A DNA stretch of 64,000 nt from Basidiobolus meristosporus CBS 931.73. Lineage: Eukaryota > Fungi > Basidiobolomycota. The stretch is taken from the NCBI GenBank assembly GCA_002104905.1, contig MCFE01000125.1, positions 97,230 through 161,229 of the forward strand. Reading direction: 5' to 3'. Each line of letters starts with the position of its first letter. Positions within the stretch are counted from its first letter, which is position 1. Below the pieces are notes generated by a model that did not search any database, was not told the DNA's origin, and worked only from the letters and a program-made list of their open reading frames with translations. Made by a program: the position numbers and the translations under genes. Shown here piece by piece: positions 59,484-64,000 of the stretch.

Positions 59484-62252
59484 CTACTGTTGTAGCTTTG
59501 ATACAAGAGTGTGTAGCTGAGGGGAATTTGTAGGTAAGTTAATAAGAAGTGATGATAGTTCTTCAGTGCTCAAGACACTGTTCAGTGGGAAGGGGGGTAG
59601 CAAGAGAGGTAAGAATGACTTGTGAACAACATTAATGAGGGGAATGTGATAAGGATTGATATTCATCATAAAGGGAGTGTGCTGCTGCAGATATTGCTGC
59701 CAAAGGTCTGTCAAGTACTTCAGGTAGGCCAGCTTGGGGTTTTCTGACTGCAGAATAAATTCAGCAAACTTCTTGACTTCAGGATCTCCAAGTATAGTTC
59801 TCCAGCAGGAGCCAGGTGTAGTGTGGTGTGTTCTTGTCCAGGCCTTAATCAGTGGGTAGTTGCAGTTGTGAAGTCTGAGGTATAATCTGGTTCTAAGGTA
59901 GAGAAGTCTGATCTTATAGGGCATAAGCCCAAAAGCACCAAGAATAGCATGTCTGTAGGGGCATTCAGGCAAATGAGGCACCAAGGAGGTAATGCACCAT
60001 ACTGCAAACTTGTCAAGCTTAGTGCAGTCTCTAGAAGTAAGAGAGAGAAGTGGTAAGCCAAATTCCAGGACAGGAAAGACAAACTGCTGGAGTAGAAGGA
60101 GGCAGCTGGGAGCTGAAGTTGTAGGAGGAGTAACAGCCAGTAGCTTGTGGAGTGCCTGTCTTGCCAGGATAATTCTCTTCTTCAGGTGTGCTCCAGAGTC
60201 TAGTCCAGTAGGAAGGAAAGGAAAGCCAAGATATGTAGCAGAAACCTGAGCAGGTAGAGTGGAGTTCTCCAAGTTGATGGGAGAGCCCAAAGGTACTGTC
60301 TTTGCAATGGAAAGCTGGAGATTATTCTTCTGCAGATACTGGTGGATGGTCTGGGAGTCTTGTTGCACATTGGAGGAGGATATTCTGATGTCATCAGCAA
60401 AGAGAGTAACCAGGCAGTCAGCTGAGAGTCTTGGGAAATCATTCAGGAAGATGGCAAACAGTATAGGACCAAGCACAGAGCCTTGAACCACTCCATTAGG
60501 AACTGAGAACACAGCTGATTGCTCACTTGGGTGCAGAATTCTTGCTTGTGGATCCAGAAGCAGTGACCTGACAAGGAGGGTGAGAGAGGTACTGGAGAAG
60601 CCTTGCAACTTGGACCAAAGCAGATTTCTGTCAGCTGAATCAAAGGCCTTAGTAATATCAAACAGAACAGAGGGATACTTGCACTGGAGAGAGTGATCTT
60701 GGCTAAGTATGACTGCATATTCCAAGGAGAGGCCAGGAACAAAGCCAAACTGTGCAGGATGAAACTTGAGCAAGTCAGGGTAGAGCTCCTGAGCAAGCAG
60801 AAGCTCAAACACCTTTCTGCAGGTGGGCAGCAGAGATATTGGCCTGTAGGAGCTAGGATCCAGGTGCTTTCCTTTACCCTTGTACAGTGGCAGAACATTT
60901 GCAAAGGACCATTCCTCAGGAGTAGAAAGCTGGGCTGAGCATTGCTGAAACAGTGGAAGCAGAAGTGCAGACATGGCCTTGGTACTAGTCTTCAGAAGCT
61001 CATAAGAGATTGTGTCCACACCTGGAGCAGTAGAGTTGGGAAGCCTCTTGAGCACATTATGGATTCTCCTTTGATCAAGTGCAAGTGGGATGGGCAGAGT
61101 CTTGAAGTCAGGATGAAAGCCAGGAGTTGAGTACTGCTTTGTAGAGAAGAAGATGTTAGCCAGCTGTTCTGTTGAAGGTAACTTCCTGGAAGAGGGCCTC
61201 ATTGCCCTGTAGAGTCTTGATACTGTTCTTGTTATAGAGTTGGAAGATTGCAGAGGCAAGGAACTCATAATATGATCCCAGAGCTGAGTATGCAGAGTGT
61301 GGTGAATTGCCCTGGAGTGGTGTATTGCTGTCAGGAGGAGTTTCTCTGTTTTTGGGTTAGGGAAACTCAGGTAGCTTTGTTGCAGGGCTGAAACAATGGA
61401 TTCCCATTTTCTTGAGGTAACAGCAGTAGTCTTGCATGGCAGTGAGAGGGAGGCAGACACCAGAATCAGATGCTTCACAAAGAGCCAGGCATAGTTGAGA
61501 TCATCTGGCAGAGAAAGTAGCAAACTGGCAAGCTTCAAGTAGTTCCCAAAGTCTTTCTTCTGATTCTTGGTAGCTTTGTGGGTGAGCACAGTAAGTTTTG
61601 GCAGCTTCTTCTTCACAACTGGTTGCATAGAAAGGGACCAGGCTGGGTGGTCAGAGGCTCTCAAGGATCCTAGCTCAGCTCCAGAGAATTGCTTAACTTC
61701 ATCCACAAAGTAGAGGGCAGCAGCAGAAGGGCAGATCCAGTCAACACATCTTTTCTCAGATTGAGCACCTAGTGCTAGCAGATGGCTTTCTCTCAGGAAG
61801 TTCAGTAGGAATGTAGACCTTGGCTTCATTCTTGCAGTCAGAGTAGTCTTGTTCTCAGGATGGGGAATGTTGAGATCTCCAAGCAAGATAATAGGTGTTG
61901 ATATAGATTGCTGGTATTGCTGAACTTTCTGGCATATAACTTGCACTTCCTGAAGGGCAAGACTTGGAGGCAGATAGCAGAGCACCAGACTGATAGTTGG
62001 CAACTGGAGAGCAGCACAGTAAGGGGAGTAAAGAGGAACACAGAGCTGAGGAGTATTGATGGTAGAAGAGATGAAGCAGATAGAGGAGGTATTCTTTGTT
62101 CTAGGAGTAGAAAAGCAATATAGATTAGTCAAAAGTATAGAGGGTAGCTGAACATCAATCAAACACAGGAGGGAAAATCTTGAAAGAAGTCTCTCTAGAG
62201 TTGGTCTTGATGGCTGTATGCTGTTGCAGTTAAGCAACAGAACTTCAGGTAG
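59484..62252 (-). CDS. ORF2: apurinic-like endonuclease plus reverse transcriptase
   Basis: APE motifs LLNCN, CYLPP, LLGDLN, VDWI and SDH. RT motifs APGVDTI, YRPISLL, AQFGF, FDITKAFDS, GVVQGSVLGP, LFADD and YLGF. The frame is open without a stop for about 920 codons. Confidence 0.95.
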   Translation of the reverse strand, partial: LPEVLLLNCNSIQPSRPTLERLLSRFSLLCLIDVQLPSILLTNLYCFSTPRTKNTSSICFISSTINTPQLCVPLYSPYCAALQLPTISLVLCYLPPSLALQEVQVICQKVQQYQQSISTPIILLGDLNIPHPENKTTLTARMKPRSTFLLNFLRESHLLALGAQSEKRCVDWICPSAAALYFVDEVKQFSGAELGSLRASDHPAWSLSMQPVVKKKLPKLTVLTHKATKNQKKDFGNYLKLASLLLSLPDDLNYAWLFVKHLILVSASLSLPCKTTAVTSRKWESIVSALQQSYLSFPNPKTEKLLLTAIHHSRAIHHTLHTQLWDHIMSSLPLQSSNSITRTVSRLYRAMRPSSRKLPSTEQLANIFFSTKQYSTPGFHPDFKTLPIPLALDQRRIHNVLKRLPNSTAPGVDTISYELLKTSTKAMSALLLPLFQQCSAQLSTPEEWSFANVLPLYKGKGKHLDPSSYRPISLLPTCRKVFELLLAQELYPDLLKFHPAQFGFVPGLSLEYAVILSQDHSLQCKYPSVLFDITKAFDSADRNLLWSKLQGFSSTSLTLLVRSLLLDPQARILHPSEQSAVFSVPNGVVQGSVLGPILFAIFLNDFPRLSADCLVTLFADDIRISSSNVQQDSQTIHQYLQKNNLQLSIAKTVPLGSPINLENSTLPAQVSATYLGFPFLPTGLDSGAHLKKRIILARQALHKLLAVTPPTTSAPSCLLLLQQFVFPVLEFGLPLLSLTSRDCTKLDKFAVWCITSLVPHLPECPYRHAILGAFGLMPYKIRLLYLRTRLYLRLHNCNYPLIKAWTRTHHTTPGSCWRTILGDPEVKKFAEFILQSENPKLAYLKYLTDLWQQYLQQHTPFMMNINPYHIPLINVVHKSFLPLLLPPFPLNSVLSTEELSSLLINLPTNSPQLHTLVSKLQQ

Positions 62253-63761
62253 TCAGGCAGAGGTTGTAGCTTCTTCAGAGGCAGCATTGACAATGTGACC
62301 TGCAGAGTCCCAGAGCTCTTCAAATGGTGCATCACTTAAGTCAGCAAGGAGGGAAATGGCATGGTTCTTGAGGAAGTATGCCACATCATAGGAGGGGGCT
62401 TGTCTCTTGATGGCAGCAAAGAAAGACAGAATGGCCACATGGGCTGGAGGCTTGTTGAACAGTAGAGAGTCAGAGGATTCAGATTCTTCAGGCACTATCT
62501 TGAAGTCAGTTTTCAGCCAGTTAAGGTTCTTCTCCACAAAGGCAACAAATGGGTCAGCAATGTTTTGGTCTAGGATAACCTCCAGAATCTTCCCTTTTCT
62601 CCAGGCCAGGTTGACAATTCTTGAGAGCTGAATATTGCATGCCTTGAGTGCTTTCCTGATGTTGGAAATGGGAGTCCAGGGAACTTGCTTCAAGTACACC
62701 ACAGTCCAGGTAGAAGCTGGTGGTAGGTTTGCTGGGGGCTTGTAAGTCCTTCTGTGTGGCAATGGAGCTGCAGTAGTCAGATTGGAGTCCACATTCTCAG
62801 TAGAGGGTTTTCTTGATGTGTCTTGCTGAATGGTACTGGAGCTGGATGTGTTGATAATTCTTGCTAGAACCTTGCCTGCATAAGTCTGAGGTATAGCTGA
62901 GGTGACTGTAGAGGTAGTGGCAGCTGGTGCAGGTGGAGAGGCAGAAACTGAAGCAGGAACTGAGGTCACCTGGGAGAAGGCAGTAGAAGCAGGTTTTCTG
63001 GGAGGAACAGAGTTCACTATCCAGTTGTTCTGTAAAACACTGGAGTAGCTTTTCTGTGGAACAGGATCTTGCTCTTGAACAGGAACAGAAGCAGCAGGCT
63101 GGGGCTGAGCAGTAGTGGTAAGGCAGTGGCACTCCAAGGAAGCTTTTTGCAAGGCATCTCTGGCAGTTTTCAGGGCAGTATTGGCTTCATTCTTGAGCTT
63201 CTTGCATTGGGCATCCAGTCTCTTGTTTTCAATAGTCAGGGCAGTATTGGCAGCCTCTAAATCAGCAATTCTCTTCTCAATTGCAAGGAATCTCTGAAGA
63301 AATGCATCAGTAGAAGTGCTGGCATCTGGGAGAGCAGTGGCAGGAATAGAGTCCATTGACAGTGGGCTTCTTGGAGGCAAGGAAAGTGGACTGGCAGATT
63401 CAGGCACAAAAGGAGATATCCTGGCAGGAGGAGAAGGAGTATCCAAGGCAGTAACAGAGGCAATTCTTGTTGGTGAAGCAGCAGCAGGGGAGGCAAGCCT
63501 GTTCAGAAACTGGGCAGGAGAGAGTGCTTGAGGAGAGGGAGTCTTCAGCTTGCCAAGCATGTCTTCCATCAGAGTGATACCAATATTCCTGGTGCATTTG
63601 CAGAGAAAAGTAAGCTTCCTGAGTCTGCCAGCTCTTCCATTCCTTCTGATAGTTCCTTTGTTTCCACAGTTGGGGCAAGAAATCTTCTTGATAGACTTGT
63701 CAAAGCAATCAAGAACCTTCCTTTCAGGTGTAGTGGGCTCCTATTGAGGTTTTGGTGGCAT
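62253..63761 (-). CDS. ORF1 (gag-like): zinc ribbon, Pro/Ser-rich linker, coiled coil, C-terminal domain; one in-frame TAG at codon 7
   Basis: Open 438-aa frame from the ATG at 63569. The same frame continues upstream through CPNCG...RNG...CKC to a TAG (63741-63743) and an ATG at 63761. Confidence 0.8.
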
Positions 63762-63827
63762 ATCCAGAGTTTCAGCTTCAAATTTCAATTTTTGAGATTT
63801 TTGGGTGATTTTGATGGCGGGATCAAA

Positions 63828-64000
63828 TTAGGGTTAGGGTTAGCGCGCTGTAGGGTTAGGGTTAGGGTTAGGGTTAGGGTTAGGGTTAGGGTTAGGGTTA
63901 GGGTTAGGGTTAGGGTTAGGGTTAGGTAGGGTTAGGGTTAGGGTTAGGGTTAGGGTTAGGGTTAGGGTTAGGGTTAGGGTTAGGGTTAGGTTAGGGTTAG
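63828..64000 (+). repeat. Telomeric (TTAGGG)n tract, right chromosome end
   Basis: About 27 TTAGGG units run to the window end. Interruptions are CGCGCTG at 63844-63850 and short TTAGG/TAGGG variants at ~63922-63931 and ~63986. Confidence 0.98.

Larger units (their letters stand above)
59424..63827 (-). mobile_element. Near full-length telomere-associated non-LTR retrotransposon (APE-RT type)
   Basis: ORF1 plus ORF2, a short 3' UTR with AATAAA ending in CCCCCCTAACCCT, and a 5' end abutting (TTAGGG)n. Confidence 0.93.

Noticed and set aside
61353-61362. Internal GGGTTAGGG within ORF2
   Set aside because: It encodes FPNPK in frame, and a single 9-mer is expected by chance.
63920-63992. TTAGG/TAGGG variant repeats in the telomere
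   Set aside because: Single-base losses in short runs match the homopolymer error pattern seen elsewhere in the window.
1-64000. tRNA, rRNA or CRISPR arrays
   Set aside because: None recognised. The 333-bp array has no unique spacers and is coding, and the sequence is eukaryotic.

Overview
This window is the last 64 kb of a eukaryotic chromosome arm, ending in (TTAGGG)n. Gene content and short GT-AG introns are fungal-like; an early-diverging fungus is my inference. There are three zones. (1) 1-11.1 kb is a CpG-poor transposon graveyard: tandem and inverted Ty1/copia units and LTRs, two related foldback MITEs and a CACTA/EnSpm transposase relic. (2) 11.5-56.6 kb is a dense, CpG-rich block of about 17 mostly housekeeping genes (ZFC3H1/Red1-like, TOE1, MSD1, DLD2, pyrophosphatase, GUT2, PDK-family kinase, VMA2, PP2C, PCID2, LUC7, histone-fold protein, SLX1, NPP, DHX57-like helicase). 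It also holds an unusual ~800-aa tandem-repeat protein with about 63 Cys-Pro motifs. (3) 57.6-64 kb is the subtelomere. It carries a head-to-tail array of telomere-embedded non-LTR retroelements, all with 5' ends pointing at the telomere. The array comprises a near-complete APE+RT element, a diverged ORF1-only partner sharing its 3' hairpin/CCCTAA tail, and two older truncated stubs, each separated by TTAGGG-like seeds. ORF1 and ORF2 of the full element are in frame across a single UGA-CUA, and the element has no CpG over 4.3 kb. This looks like a HeT-A/TART- or MoTeR1/2-like two-component telomere retroelement system. All calls were made by eye without database searches, and exon boundaries are approximate.
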